64,000 nucleotides of DNA, taken from Patescibacteria group bacterium (GTDB lineage: Bacteria; Patescibacteriota; Patescibacteriia; UBA2591; UBA4787). How positions within the stretch are numbered: the first letter of the stretch is position 1; each line of letters begins with the position of its first letter. This document shows, piece by piece, positions 16,957 through 27,263 of this stretch. A model generated the notes under the pieces. The model was not told the DNA's origin, made no database searches, and saw only the letters and a list, made by a program, of their open reading frames with translations. A program made the translations under genes and the position numbers. The DNA lies in NCBI GenBank assembly GCA_028715115.1, contig JAQUSN010000001.1, positions 3,314-67,313 of the forward strand, written 5' to 3'.

Positions 16957-18594
16957 TTATTGCATCACTTGTCCATCCGGATACCATTCAGCGTCAGGAA
17001 TGGTATTAATGTTTGATTGTTTGTATTCCAGACGATTAAAAACATCCATACTGGGAATGGCGCGTTTAGTGCCGCCATCAATCACATAAATAGCCGGACT
17101 TGAAGCGTATTTAATTAAACTTCCGTCAGGTCGATTACCGCGGTATTTTCCGGCCGGCATATTTTCCGCCGATTGATTGCCTAAAAAATTAAAACTCTTA
17201 ATCATCATCTTAAAAGTTGTTTTAAAGTTCGCCTCTTGCGCCAAACCTAAATTATAAGTCAAGATATACATTTTATTATCCTTGCCCACATAAACATTTA
17301 AATGATCTGGGCTCCAAACTCCCGGCTGGCCGCTGACCACCGCGTCAGCCACCTGATCAGAGGCAACGTCGGTTGATTTTTTTAAATACCACTCGCGCGG
17401 CGTCAAGCGATCAAAATTATCTTCCACGGAAACTTCAAAAAATTCATCGGTGTTGGTAACGACCATCACTTGACTGTCGTCGGTTTCCGGCAAAGATTTA
17501 ACCAACCAATTACCCGGATAAAAAATCGTATAAGACCAAATCGAATTGGTAAAAACCTTTGTCAGGCCAGACATGGCTAGGGTGCCGTCGGTATGCAACG
17601 GATCTGACAGGCTGGCCACTTCTAAACCATCTTGTTGACCATCACCATCAGTGTCGGGATTATTTATGTTGGTTTGATAAATCGCTTCTTCGGTATCAGT
17701 TAACCCATCATTATCTTGATCGACAGTTGAAAAAATCTGCGGAGCCACCTGTACATCATTGGTAGCTGGTTGTATCTTATTTTTTTCTACAACCAAAGCA
17801 AAAGTATCGGCAGGAATAATATCTAAATTGATAGTTAAAACATTTGTAATCGTATCTGGTTGAGCCGATAAGGGCGTCCAAACTCCATCTTTAAGATAGG
17901 CCAACTTAATGTCTGCTTCCCAAGCTTTATCAACCGCTGAATCATGATAAGAGAAGGTTAAAATGGCAGCTTTTTTAAGCGCCGGAATAACCGATAATTT
18001 AAAAGCTTCGGGCGCTCTCGGCAATATTTGATAAGTATTATCGGTAATAGTCGAGGGCTCTGGAACAAGCACAATCGTCTGTCCTTGATCTAGAGCACCA
18101 GCGGGAAAATCAAATTCAGCTGTAATAATTTTAGGTTGCGGGTTCTGTGAACTAGCTAGATCGGTAATATCAGCGGTTAACTTTAACTCCGCCGATTGAT
18201 TTAAATTAGCCCTAGTTTGTGTGTTTGTTTGCGTATTAATATCCTTGGGCGCTTGCAGATAGTTCTTTGCCCAAAATAAAAAATAAAATAAACCGCCGAA
18301 GACAACCACTATCGTCAAGCCTATCGCGCCAATGGTAATTATTTTATTTTTTTTCTTTTTCGCCGTTAAAATCTCTTGGCTGTCAACGTTAAGACTGGCC
18401 GAACCTGACAAAATTGACGGCGCCGGCTTATTTTTTTTATAACGATTGGGCATCACTGAAATAAACTCCTCGTCTGACTCTACTGGCGGTTTCGTCGGAG
18501 TCGGTTGAGTAGAAGCTGATTGGGCTTGAGACGGTTGGACCGGAGTCGAGGATTGTGGCTGCGAAGATTGTGGAGTTGATAAATTATCAAACAT
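16957..18594 (-). CDS. secreted/anchored protein with an N-terminal Q/S/P-rich low-complexity region, one TM helix and thrombospondin-type-3-like Ca-binding repeats
   Basis: 545 aa. DQDNDGLTDTEEAIYQTNINNPDTDGDGQQDGLE. Confidence 0.6.
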   Translation of the reverse strand: MFDNLSTPQSSQPQSSTPVQPSQAQSASTQPTPTKPPVESDEEFISVMPNRYKKNKPAPSILSGSASLNVDSQEILTAKKKKNKIITIGAIGLTIVVVFGGLFYFLFWAKNYLQAPKDINTQTNTQTRANLNQSAELKLTADITDLASSQNPQPKIITAEFDFPAGALDQGQTIVLVPEPSTITDNTYQILPRAPEAFKLSVIPALKKAAILTFSYHDSAVDKAWEADIKLAYLKDGVWTPLSAQPDTITNVLTINLDIIPADTFALVVEKNKIQPATNDVQVAPQIFSTVDQDNDGLTDTEEAIYQTNINNPDTDGDGQQDGLEVASLSDPLHTDGTLAMSGLTKVFTNSIWSYTIFYPGNWLVKSLPETDDSQVMVVTNTDEFFEVSVEDNFDRLTPREWYLKKSTDVASDQVADAVVSGQPGVWSPDHLNVYVGKDNKMYILTYNLGLAQEANFKTTFKMMIKSFNFLGNQSAENMPAGKYRGNRPDGSLIKYASSPAIYVIDGGTKRAIPSMDVFNRLEYKQSNINTIPDAEWYPDGQVMQ

Positions 18595-18602
18595 AAAAAA
18601 CG

Positions 18603-19181
18603 TTAAAAATTATTAATGGCTTTTTGTAGATCAAATTGCGCGCCCGTAACCGGATCAATGCCGCGGCGGACCGAATCGCCATCGGAAATACCGTCATTGT
18701 TGGAATCGCCGCTTAAAGGATTGCTTTTATAAATTTTTACCTCTTCGTTATCTAATAGCCCGTCGTTATCGCTATCGGCTTTATTCGGATCAGTGGCTAA
18801 GCTTTGTTCTTCTTGATCGCTCAATCCGTCTTTATCCGAATCTAGAATCGTCGAAGGCTGTGAGGTGTCGTTATTGATTTTATTATTAACCACTTCTTGG
18901 ACTGGAGTTGGCTTGGTCGACTTCACTTCGGCTAATTTTGATTTTATAATCGGCCCAAATTTTCCATAAGCGTAATAACCGCCATAACCAACCAAAGCAA
19001 TAATAATAATAATTAAAATTATTTTTAAAAACTTGGTTGCTTGTCGCGGAGAGCCTTGACGTTTAACGGTCCGAGATAATGGATCGGTTTTGCCGGGTAC
19101 GGCTGCGACAGATTTGTTTGACTCGCCAGAAGCAAAAATATCCTCCGGTTCCTGGTTTAAGTTTGATTCATTAGCAAACAT
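18603..19181 (-). CDS. membrane-anchored protein with thrombospondin-type-3-like Ca-binding repeats
   Basis: 192 aa. TM helix LKIILIIIIIALVGYGGYYAYG. DSDKDGLSDQEE, DSDNDGLLDNEE, DSNNDGISDGDS. Confidence 0.6.
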   Translation of the reverse strand: MFANESNLNQEPEDIFASGESNKSVAAVPGKTDPLSRTVKRQGSPRQATKFLKIILIIIIIALVGYGGYYAYGKFGPIIKSKLAEVKSTKPTPVQEVVNNKINNDTSQPSTILDSDKDGLSDQEEQSLATDPNKADSDNDGLLDNEEVKIYKSNPLSGDSNNDGISDGDSVRRGIDPVTGAQFDLQKAINNF

Positions 19182-19239
19182 ATAAAATTATTTATTTACC
19201 ATTTTAAAATACTACCCACCCTCCTCCTAGAATCTATTT

Positions 19240-22200
19240 CTACTTTTGTGACTCTTGCTGTTGCTGCCCCCATTCTTGTTGATAATAATAAGTTTCTAAG
19301 TATTGCATGTTAAAACAGCTACAAGATGACGGACTACTGCAAGCATTACCGGTAAAGTTTAAGTCTTTTGCCTTACAGCTGCCATTAATCCAGGCGCACC
19401 AATTATGCTTGCTGCAGGTGCTTGTTTGATTATAGCTCGCGCAATTGTGTTGCCAATTATTCGGCTCTCTATACTCAAAATTACTATAAAGAGCATAGCC
19501 TTTATTGCCTTGGAAAAACTTATACATATATTGATAAACATGGGATCCGGCAACACACTCGTATTTTAATTTGTCTGGCGCAGAATTATAGCATCTGCCT
19601 TGGCATTGCGGATCGTTCACCGGACAATCAGCGCAACAGCTATAAGGTTTTTGGCCAGAACAATTATTTCTGTTAGCAAAAGTGTTAATCGGATCAATAG
19701 GCAAAGCTGAACCTAAGCTGTCTCCTAAAGTATCTTGCCAGGAGCTCCAGCGGCTAGTCGTCATGCCGGGCACATAAATACCAGAAATTAATTTTGGAAA
19801 ATCATTGTTGGCCGCGCGATATTGAGATAGCAACTGATTTAATTGATTAAAATTAACCAAACGGCTTAAGTCGTGAACCAAGCTCATTTTATCGCCACGC
19901 ACATTAATATTAAACGTCCAATATTTTATCAAATCATTGACGATTTTAATCGTCTCCTGACTGGCATTATCATTATAAGACAATAAGAAAATATTACTAT
20001 ACAACTTCGGCTGGCCGCCACCAATTAAACCAAAATCAACATTGGTAGCGCCGACATAAGTGGTTCGCCCGTCTTTTATCGCCTGATAGTCATCAACGCT
20101 AGGCGCGGCAGAAGGATTAGATTGCGAGTTAATTTTCACCTTATACCATTCGGCTGGCGTTAAGTGGTCAAAATTATCGTAAATCCTTAAGCCTATTACG
20201 TCCGAAGTGTTTGGTACATTAAATAGCCAACTAACCTTTAATTCGCTATCGGCCTTAGCCGCATTAACCGGATCGGGTAAGGCCGGCAAAAGCGGACTGC
20301 CATCGCGACAATAATTTAACTGGAAATTATAAAAATTAGTATCATTGGGCCGCGGATAAACCCATGGGTTTTCACAAATAAAAACCCTGACTGCTGCCGA
20401 GTTGGTGAACGACTGATTAAGAGAATCAACTGCTTCGGCAGTTAAAACCGTATCGCCATTTGTACTGCCAGCCACAGCCGCACCCCTAGAAGGATTGTCT
20501 TGATCTCCGGTAACCGTAATTAAATTATCCTTAACGGTCCACGCCCATGTCCAAGTATAGACGCCTGTGATCGGCGAAATCGGCTGGTTGTCTCTGGCAT
20601 AAGCTGTAGCAAAAAAATCATGACCCTTCCTAGCTTGGCTGAAAATATAACTTTGTGGAGTAATTTGAACTCTTTGAATTTGACAAATCTTGTTGCCGGT
20701 CGTAAACTGCCACGACTGATCTTGGGCCATCGACACCCCATATTTACTTTTTACTCCGTTGGGCCCGCCGACAATACGTATTTCATAGAGCCGCTGGCTG
20801 TCCAAGGCTGAACTAGGAACAAATCGCACTAATGTTTGTTTTTGCTGCGAATCCGAATCAATGCCGCCAATACTAATTACTTGGCTTTTGACTTCTCCGG
20901 CTATTTGAGTCCACTCTGATTTTGGTGGCCCTTGTGGTGCGGCCTGAGAAACGTTGATTAAATTATCTCTTAATTTTAAAACTAAATTCTTGAAAAGGTT
21001 CCACAAACTGCTGGTTGGACTGCCTTGATCCTGATTTTTGCCCCATAAAGTTACCGTAGTTGTAGTGGCCATGCTGGTATTAATAGTATTGAGATCCATC
21101 TCTTGGTCAAAAGTGAACAGAACAAATGCATTGCGACATATGTTAGTTGAATTTGGTGCCGGAAAACGGCTACTTGAGATTATAGTGGGCGCCGGAGAAA
21201 CCACTAAATACGCTTGATTGCTTTTGCCGCTAGTAGCAGCGGTAATGTTTGTTTCCCCCAACCCCTTAGCCGTAGCAGTTGTGGAATTATTCGGACCGGT
21301 CGGGCTAACAGTAGCTATTTTAGTATCACCAGAACTCCACTGCCAAGTATAGCTGCCGGTTAACATTTGACAGGCTTCTCCTAAAGCCTCTGAGTCAAAT
21401 TTTTGCGTATCATTAATATTTAAAAGCTGTGTTCTGATTGGCAAAACCGCCACTGATTCAACCGGACAGACCGAATCGTTTTTAGTTTTAAATTGCCAAA
21501 CATAATCCTGAGCCATGCTTGATCCATCTTCACCAATAACGCCCGCCTCTCCGCCAGGCACAATAACTTCATAATAAGTATCAGCTGATAAGTTTTGCGT
21601 GGGTTCAAAAACAAAAGCTTCTTTTTCTAAAGTAACCGGATAAACATATACGTCTTTTGCGCCTACTTCGGTTGGATGAGAACAGGTTTGATCCGAACCG
21701 CAATTATAAACTTTAATTAAATTGGTACCGTTAATGCGGCCATCATCCACATTTTTATTAAACCGGGCGCCAACTTTTATATTAAGACATGCTTGCTGAT
21801 AATTGGGTCGTGGATTTGGTGTAGAATAAATTTGGCTCGGAGGCTCACAAGTTGAATCTTCTTCAACGGCTAAATCAGTTAATTTGACAGTCAAAACGCC
21901 TAAACCAGTAATCTTTCGGCGTTGACCTAATTTACCGGGTATCTCTATCCAGGTTGAAGCAGAAATATTTGTTTGTCCTTGGCTTAAAGCGCTGGCCGTA
22001 GTTTCTAGCCCGGCAATTGGCTCTACGGTCGCCACCACCGGCGCGCTAGAGTCCCAATCAAAGCTAGCAACACAAACTGGTTGTTGATCATCATAAGCAT
22101 TAGCCGTATATCTTTGTTGAGCGCCGACCTTAACCATTTTATTGGCCGGATTAACATCTATTCTATCAATTTGGCAAAGCTCGTCGCCCGTCTGAAACAC

Positions 22201-25047
22201 CCAGCTATTCACGCCTAACATGGAAACGCCTTTATCTGAACGAACTCCATCGCCGGGTTGACCGTCTAATTTTTTACCGGTAACCATTATGCGATACCAT
22301 CTATTGGCTTCTAAGAGCGGATTGGTTAAACAGGGATTAATCGTAAAACCAGTCTTAGTAACCAGATCATTAATGGTTAATGTGGCAGGCACAGAGGTTC
22401 CGTTGGCACAATTATTATCGTCGCAAATTTCAAACTTTATATTATTCCAATTTAAGCTCGCTTCATCCATTTTTTGATTGAAAACCGCGACTAAAGCCGC
22501 ATTACGGCAAACTCCTATTTGGTTGTCATCTGGATTTTTTGACTCAATAATTGGCTGAGCATGACAACATTTATTTGTATCTAAAATGCCACAACCCATG
22601 CCGGTGCCACACTGCTCGTCTGTTTGACAGCCGCAACAAAGCCCTCGGCTACCGCCCGTACAAGGCGACTGATTGGCCATACATTGCAAACTGCCGGGAC
22701 AAGTATTTTGTTCGGTCGGGTTACAGCAACATCGGCAATCGGTATTGTTAACTCGACAAGTATAAGTCGGTTCGCCTTGGCATCGAGTTGATCCATTCGG
22801 ACAAACGTTTCCATCCGAACACACCTCGCCCGGACCGGGTAATTGTTCTAAAACCGTAAATGGCAAAGCATTGCTATTGCCGTTATTATTACTAACATAA
22901 ACGTCTCCTGTTCCCGCTAAGCTAGGCACTTTAAAATTATTTATTTTCGTATCACTCCAATTACAACCAGTACCAGGGCAGTTGCTCACCGCCGCTTCAT
23001 TATAAAATTTAACCGCATCCTTTTCGCCACCGCCATTGCCCAAACGAATACCATTTAATTCAATATTGGTTTTATCTCGATAGCCAGAACTGGGGTTAAT
23101 TACCCACAAGCACGGACCCTGGGCTGAACCGGATCGATCGATTGTGTAAGTCACGTCACTATTACTAGTTTCTTCTTCGCCGCTCGAACTATAAACGATC
23201 GTCAATCTTACCTTAGCTGCCACTGGCAAGTCTTCGCCGGTATCGGGTACAGTAGTGGTTAAATAATTATCACTGACATATTCTACTGGCGAATTAACTA
23301 CTGAGGGCCCGATTAAAAAACTGATTTGATTATTTTTGGGCGCAGCCGAATGGCTGGGCGTGCCGGTAAAACATTCTCCGAAAACGGTTATGCATTGACC
23401 ACTTGGGCCTTGAGCTGGACTCACGCGATTAATCCACGGCGCACACAAACAATTAGCCGCCGTAGTTGTTTTAAATGACCAAGTTTTTCCTAAGGTATCA
23501 CCCTTTTGATTTATAACCAGATCGCTTGTCATCTCGATTTGATAAGTTAGGTTGGGCGTCAAATCAACGCGCGGGTTTATGATAAAAACTTTAGTCTGGA
23601 GATCAGGGATCGTTAAATCGGCATATTGGTTACTGATAACTACCGGCCCTTTAATGTTTGGATTTTTATTAATCTCAAAAATCAAATTGTCGCCCTGCTT
23701 TACCCTAAAGAGGACTAAATTATTTTCCATCGAAGTGCCAAAAGTCAGACCAATATTGGTGCTGGAGCAAACTTTTTCGCCGGTTGGATAATATGAAGAG
23801 ATTCCCGGAGCATGATCGTTGGTCTGAAACTCCCATTCTACATTATCCGGATCCATGATATTGGAGCACAAATCTTTAATACCGGAAACATGAATGCGAT
23901 ACCAAGTAAATGGTTTTAACTGAACCGTATCGCGCAAATATATTTTAAAACCGGTGTCTTCTATGTCTACCAGCCAATCGGTCGCCGGAATTTGCTCAAC
24001 CACTAAACCGCCGCGGCCATCTAGGCGTGAGACCCAGATATTTGCAGCGATTGGATTATTATTACTATCCATTACCGTCGTAGCGTCAACTGGTTCGGAA
24101 AAATTAACGTCAATAAGCGGCGTTAAATCAACATTACGATCAGGATAGTTGGGGTCGTTCTGTTTTGAAATCGGATAACTACTGGTAATGTATGGTTTGG
24201 ACGTATCAGTGTGAATCCCGGTAGTAAAGCGCCAAGTAAAATCAGTGTCTGTTTCCGTACAGCCATTGCTGGCTTCACATTTTTTCAATGTCTTACCGCC
24301 ATTATCGCCAATTTGTTTTGGCAAATGCACGGTATAATCTGTCTCTGAAGCGAAGAGCGAATCGTGCTTAAAGACCAAGGCATTGCCTAAGACCTGCCAA
24401 GTGCCGGTAAATGTACCGCCGCTTTCTACTTTTAATAAATTATCCTGAACTAATTGTTGGATGTTGTCCGGCTTAACGCGATGATTAAAAATCGGCTGAA
24501 CGGCTGAACACAAATAAACGCTTTGATGATAGTTTTGCGGTGGACCTTCATGGGTAGTTAAAATTCTGCTTACCTTAAAATCATCTGGCAAGATTCCCGG
24601 ACCGCCAGGTTCTCCGCCATTACCAGCAATACCACTAATTATTTGACTAATGGCATTGATAATAAAAGAGGCAAAAGCATAAGCTAGAATAATAATAAGT
24701 AAACCAATAATACCAGCGGCCATTAATTTTTTAGCTCGAGTAATCTTTTCTTCGTTACCGCCCGAAGTCATCCAAATAAATCCGCCATAAACGACGATAA
24801 CCACGGCGATTAATCCCAAGAATCCCAAAATAAAACGAACTATACGGCCGATAATAATAGGCAATGGCGTAGATGGTAGTTCGGTAGTATTAGAAAACTG
24901 TTCCAGTCCTTCGTTCATCGGCGGCTGAGCATGAGCAACAGAAAATTGGCCGACTAAAATCAATAAAATAAAAAAGAGAAACGCTAGAGAAAAGAGTTTC
25001 TTAGTTCTTGCGCTAAAAAATAACTCTCCAAACTTTAGGTTTCTCAT
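19240..25047 (-). CDS. giant (1935 aa) surface protein: N-terminal signal plus double-TM pilin-like anchor, Big_2-type Ig-like domains, and internal and C-terminal Cys-rich modules
   Basis: Single uninterrupted ORF. Cys-rich stretch CRVNNTDCRCCCNPTEQNTCPGSLQCMANQSPCTGGSRGLCCGCQTDEQCGTGMGCG. Big_2-like ATVSPTG...ITAATSG. Probable adhesin. Confidence 0.8.
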   Translation of the reverse strand: MRNLKFGELFFSARTKKLFSLAFLFFILLILVGQFSVAHAQPPMNEGLEQFSNTTELPSTPLPIIIGRIVRFILGFLGLIAVVIVVYGGFIWMTSGGNEEKITRAKKLMAAGIIGLLIIILAYAFASFIINAISQIISGIAGNGGEPGGPGILPDDFKVSRILTTHEGPPQNYHQSVYLCSAVQPIFNHRVKPDNIQQLVQDNLLKVESGGTFTGTWQVLGNALVFKHDSLFASETDYTVHLPKQIGDNGGKTLKKCEASNGCTETDTDFTWRFTTGIHTDTSKPYITSSYPISKQNDPNYPDRNVDLTPLIDVNFSEPVDATTVMDSNNNPIAANIWVSRLDGRGGLVVEQIPATDWLVDIEDTGFKIYLRDTVQLKPFTWYRIHVSGIKDLCSNIMDPDNVEWEFQTNDHAPGISSYYPTGEKVCSSTNIGLTFGTSMENNLVLFRVKQGDNLIFEINKNPNIKGPVVISNQYADLTIPDLQTKVFIINPRVDLTPNLTYQIEMTSDLVINQKGDTLGKTWSFKTTTAANCLCAPWINRVSPAQGPSGQCITVFGECFTGTPSHSAAPKNNQISFLIGPSVVNSPVEYVSDNYLTTTVPDTGEDLPVAAKVRLTIVYSSSGEEETSNSDVTYTIDRSGSAQGPCLWVINPSSGYRDKTNIELNGIRLGNGGGEKDAVKFYNEAAVSNCPGTGCNWSDTKINNFKVPSLAGTGDVYVSNNNGNSNALPFTVLEQLPGPGEVCSDGNVCPNGSTRCQGEPTYTCRVNNTDCRCCCNPTEQNTCPGSLQCMANQSPCTGGSRGLCCGCQTDEQCGTGMGCGILDTNKCCHAQPIIESKNPDDNQIGVCRNAALVAVFNQKMDEASLNWNNIKFEICDDNNCANGTSVPATLTINDLVTKTGFTINPCLTNPLLEANRWYRIMVTGKKLDGQPGDGVRSDKGVSMLGVNSWVFQTGDELCQIDRIDVNPANKMVKVGAQQRYTANAYDDQQPVCVASFDWDSSAPVVATVEPIAGLETTASALSQGQTNISASTWIEIPGKLGQRRKITGLGVLTVKLTDLAVEEDSTCEPPSQIYSTPNPRPNYQQACLNIKVGARFNKNVDDGRINGTNLIKVYNCGSDQTCSHPTEVGAKDVYVYPVTLEKEAFVFEPTQNLSADTYYEVIVPGGEAGVIGEDGSSMAQDYVWQFKTKNDSVCPVESVAVLPIRTQLLNINDTQKFDSEALGEACQMLTGSYTWQWSSGDTKIATVSPTGPNNSTTATAKGLGETNITAATSGKSNQAYLVVSPAPTIISSSRFPAPNSTNICRNAFVLFTFDQEMDLNTINTSMATTTTVTLWGKNQDQGSPTSSLWNLFKNLVLKLRDNLINVSQAAPQGPPKSEWTQIAGEVKSQVISIGGIDSDSQQKQTLVRFVPSSALDSQRLYEIRIVGGPNGVKSKYGVSMAQDQSWQFTTGNKICQIQRVQITPQSYIFSQARKGHDFFATAYARDNQPISPITGVYTWTWAWTVKDNLITVTGDQDNPSRGAAVAGSTNGDTVLTAEAVDSLNQSFTNSAAVRVFICENPWVYPRPNDTNFYNFQLNYCRDGSPLLPALPDPVNAAKADSELKVSWLFNVPNTSDVIGLRIYDNFDHLTPAEWYKVKINSQSNPSAAPSVDDYQAIKDGRTTYVGATNVDFGLIGGGQPKLYSNIFLLSYNDNASQETIKIVNDLIKYWTFNINVRGDKMSLVHDLSRLVNFNQLNQLLSQYRAANNDFPKLISGIYVPGMTTSRWSSWQDTLGDSLGSALPIDPINTFANRNNCSGQKPYSCCADCPVNDPQCQGRCYNSAPDKLKYECVAGSHVYQYMYKFFQGNKGYALYSNFEYREPNNWQHNCASYNQTSTCSKHNWCAWINGSCKAKDLNFTGNACSSPSSCSCFNMQYLETYYYQQEWGQQQQESQK

Positions 25048-25067
25048 ACAAAATAATTTTACTTATT

Positions 25068-25523
25068 TTATTTGCTCAATTCTTCTTTGACTAAAGCGCT
25101 GACCTTGTTGCCGTCGGCTTTTCCTTTAGTTTCCTTAGAAACGGCGCCCATCACCTTGCCGAAGTCCTGCGGGCCAGCCGCGCTTAATTCTTTTATCTTG
25201 CTTTGAATTATAACTCTTAATTTTTCTTCTGACAATTGTTCGGGTAAATAAACAGATAAAATTTCTAATTCTTTTTTTTCTTTTTGAGCTAAATCCTGAC
25301 GGCCGCCTTTATCAAAAGCTTCTATAGATTCTTTGCGGCGTTTAGTTTCACAGCTGACGATTTCTATCGTCAATTCGTCGGTCAATTCTTTTTTCTTAGC
25401 CTTTAGTTCGATTTCAAGATTTTGTAAAGAAGCCTTCAGCATTCTCAAGGCCGAAACTTTTATTTCATCTTTCTTGATCATCGCCTGCTTTAAATCTTCT
25501 AAAATTTTCTCAAACAAAGTCAT
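25068..25523 (-). CDS. yqeY: GatB/YqeY domain protein
   Basis: 151 aa, YqeY-like throughout. Conserved neighbour of rpsU. Confidence 0.8.
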   Translation of the reverse strand: MTLFEKILEDLKQAMIKKDEIKVSALRMLKASLQNLEIELKAKKKELTDELTIEIVSCETKRRKESIEAFDKGGRQDLAQKEKKELEILSVYLPEQLSEEKLRVIIQSKIKELSAAGPQDFGKVMGAVSKETKGKADGNKVSALVKEELSK

Positions 25524-25543
25524 AAAAATTATTTTAATAATTT

Positions 25544-25765
25544 CTAGCTCTTCAAGGCGCCAGTTTTAATCAAAAACTCGCGCTTAGCCTGATCGCTCTT
25601 GCGTCGTAAAGCGCTAATTTTTCTCGCTCGCGAAGTAGTTGTTCGAGAACGAAAACGGCGGCCTTTCACTTCTTTGACTAGGCCACTGCGCACTACGCTT
25701 TGATTGAAGCGTCGAATCATTCCCTCGGTCGATTCGCCAGCTTTTTTCTTAACTTCGATTGTCAT
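25544..25765 (-). CDS. rpsU: 30S ribosomal protein S21
   Basis: MTIEVKKKAGESTEGMIRRFNQSVVRSGLVKEVKGRRF... -35/-10 TTTACA-17-TATAAT and an AGAGGTGA RBS upstream on the minus strand. Confidence 0.85.
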   Translation of the reverse strand: MTIEVKKKAGESTEGMIRRFNQSVVRSGLVKEVKGRRFRSRTTTSRARKISALRRKSDQAKREFLIKTGALKS

Positions 25766-25832
25766 AAAATTCACCTCTTATAGAAATTATAACGTAAAAT
25801 ATAAGAATGTAAATACATTATCCCCAGTTAAT

Positions 25833-25925
25833 AAAGAAAAACAGGTCCCAGCCGAAGCCGGGACCCGTAGGGGGTCAAAACCGCTCTCAGGACGAAAGCG
25901 GAGACCGAAAACTCGCCGCCTCCAC
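25833..25925 (-). ncRNA. candidate small RNA (about 90 nt, GC-rich) with its own promoter and an intrinsic terminator, divergent from glyA
   Basis: Minus-strand TTGACA (25954-25959)-16-TAAGAT (25932-25937). Terminator GGTCCCGGC-TTCG-GCTGGGACC (25844-25865) followed by TGTTTTTCTTT. No SD and no credible ORF. Confidence 0.25.
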
Positions 25926-25944
25926 CACAACATCTTAATATATT

Positions 25945-25973
25945 TTGACTTTTTGTCAATGGTGTGCTATAGT
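25945..25973 (+). promoter_or_regulatory. sigma70-like promoter TTGACT-17-TATAGT for glyA. Its -35 is part of the palindrome TTGACTTTTTGTCAA shared with the divergent minus-strand promoter.
   Basis: ttgactttttgtcaatggtgtgctatagt immediately upstream of the glyA ATG at 25981. Confidence 0.4.
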
Positions 25974-25980
25974 ACGTTCT

Positions 25981-27258
25981 ATGTTAAAAAACCTCAAAAA
26001 ATCAGACCCGATTATTGCCAAAATAATCCAAAATGAAATCAAACGCCAGCAAGACGGCCTGGTTTTGATTGCCTCGGAAAATTATGCTTCACCGGCAGTT
26101 TTAGAAGCACTCGGCTCGGCCTTGACCAATAAATATTCCGAAGGTTATCCGGGCAAGCGTTATTACGGCGGCAATCAATTCATCGATCAGACAGAAAATC
26201 TGGCCATTGAACGGGCTAAAAAATTGTTTTTGCCCAAAAATCAATGGACAAACTGGCAAGTTAACGTCCAACCCTATTCCGGTTCGCCGGCTAACTTGGC
26301 TGTTTATTTTGCCCTACTTCAACCCGGGGCCCTTGCCAAAGGGAATAAGGCAAGCAAAATCATGGGCATGAGTCTGGCCCAAGGCGGCCATTTGACTCAC
26401 GGCCATCCGGTTAACCTTTCCGGCAAAATATTTAAAATAATTCCTTACGGCGTTGACCAGAAAACAAATTTATTAAATTATAAAGAAATCGAAAAAATCG
26501 CACTAAAGAATAAGCCGCAACTTATCGTTTGCGGCGCTACGGCTTATTCCCGGGAAATAGATTTCAACGCTTTTAGAAAAATCGCCGACAAAGTCGGCGC
26601 GATTCTCATGGCTGATATTTCCCATATTGCCGGGCTTATTGCCGCTAAAAAACACTTGAGTCCCTTTCCTTATTGTGACGTTATTACAACCACGACCCAT
26701 AAAACCTTACGCGGCCCGCGCGGCGCTATGATTTTTGCCAAAAACGAATTGGCTGAACCGATTCAAAAAATGATTTTTCCCGGCACGCAAGGCGGACCGC
26801 ACGACAATAACGTCGCCGGTATTGCTGTGGCCTTGCAAGAAGCACTAAAACCTTCTTTTAAAAAATACGGGGCACAAATTTGTCTTAACGCCAAGATCCT
26901 AGCTCAAACTTTAAAACAAAATGGACTAAACATAATTACTGGCGGCACTGATAACCACTTGATTTTAGTTGACGTACGTAACGCCGAATTAAATGGCAAG
27001 GAAGCAGAAAAATTATTGGAAAAAGTCGGTATTTACGTTAACCGCAACACTATTCCTTTTGATCCTAATCCTCCCTTTAAGCCGTCTGGTCTACGACTCG
27101 GCACACCGGCTTTAACCACGCGCGGCATGAAAGAGAAAGAAATGAAAATTATCGGCCAATTAATCGCTAAGATAATTTTTGCGCCGCAGAATGAAGCAAT
27201 AAAAAAAACGGTGCGGCAAACCGTTAAAAAACTAACAAAAAAGTTTAAAATTTACTAA
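25981..27258 (+). CDS. glyA: serine hydroxymethyltransferase
   Basis: MLKNLKKSDPIIAKIIQNEIKRQQDGLVLIASENYASPAVLEALGS... PLP-lysine region TTTTHKTLRGPRG. Confidence 0.9.
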   Translation: MLKNLKKSDPIIAKIIQNEIKRQQDGLVLIASENYASPAVLEALGSALTNKYSEGYPGKRYYGGNQFIDQTENLAIERAKKLFLPKNQWTNWQVNVQPYSGSPANLAVYFALLQPGALAKGNKASKIMGMSLAQGGHLTHGHPVNLSGKIFKIIPYGVDQKTNLLNYKEIEKIALKNKPQLIVCGATAYSREIDFNAFRKIADKVGAILMADISHIAGLIAAKKHLSPFPYCDVITTTTHKTLRGPRGAMIFAKNELAEPIQKMIFPGTQGGPHDNNVAGIAVALQEALKPSFKKYGAQICLNAKILAQTLKQNGLNIITGGTDNHLILVDVRNAELNGKEAEKLLEKVGIYVNRNTIPFDPNPPFKPSGLRLGTPALTTRGMKEKEMKIIGQLIAKIIFAPQNEAIKKTVRQTVKKLTKKFKIY

Positions 27259-27263
27259 TCTTA

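Noticed and set aside
25830-25930. ZTP (pfl) or THF riboswitch controlling glyA/folD
   Set aside because: The GC-rich structure lies upstream of the glyA -35 box. Its terminator is functional only on the minus strand. So it is not in the glyA 5' UTR.
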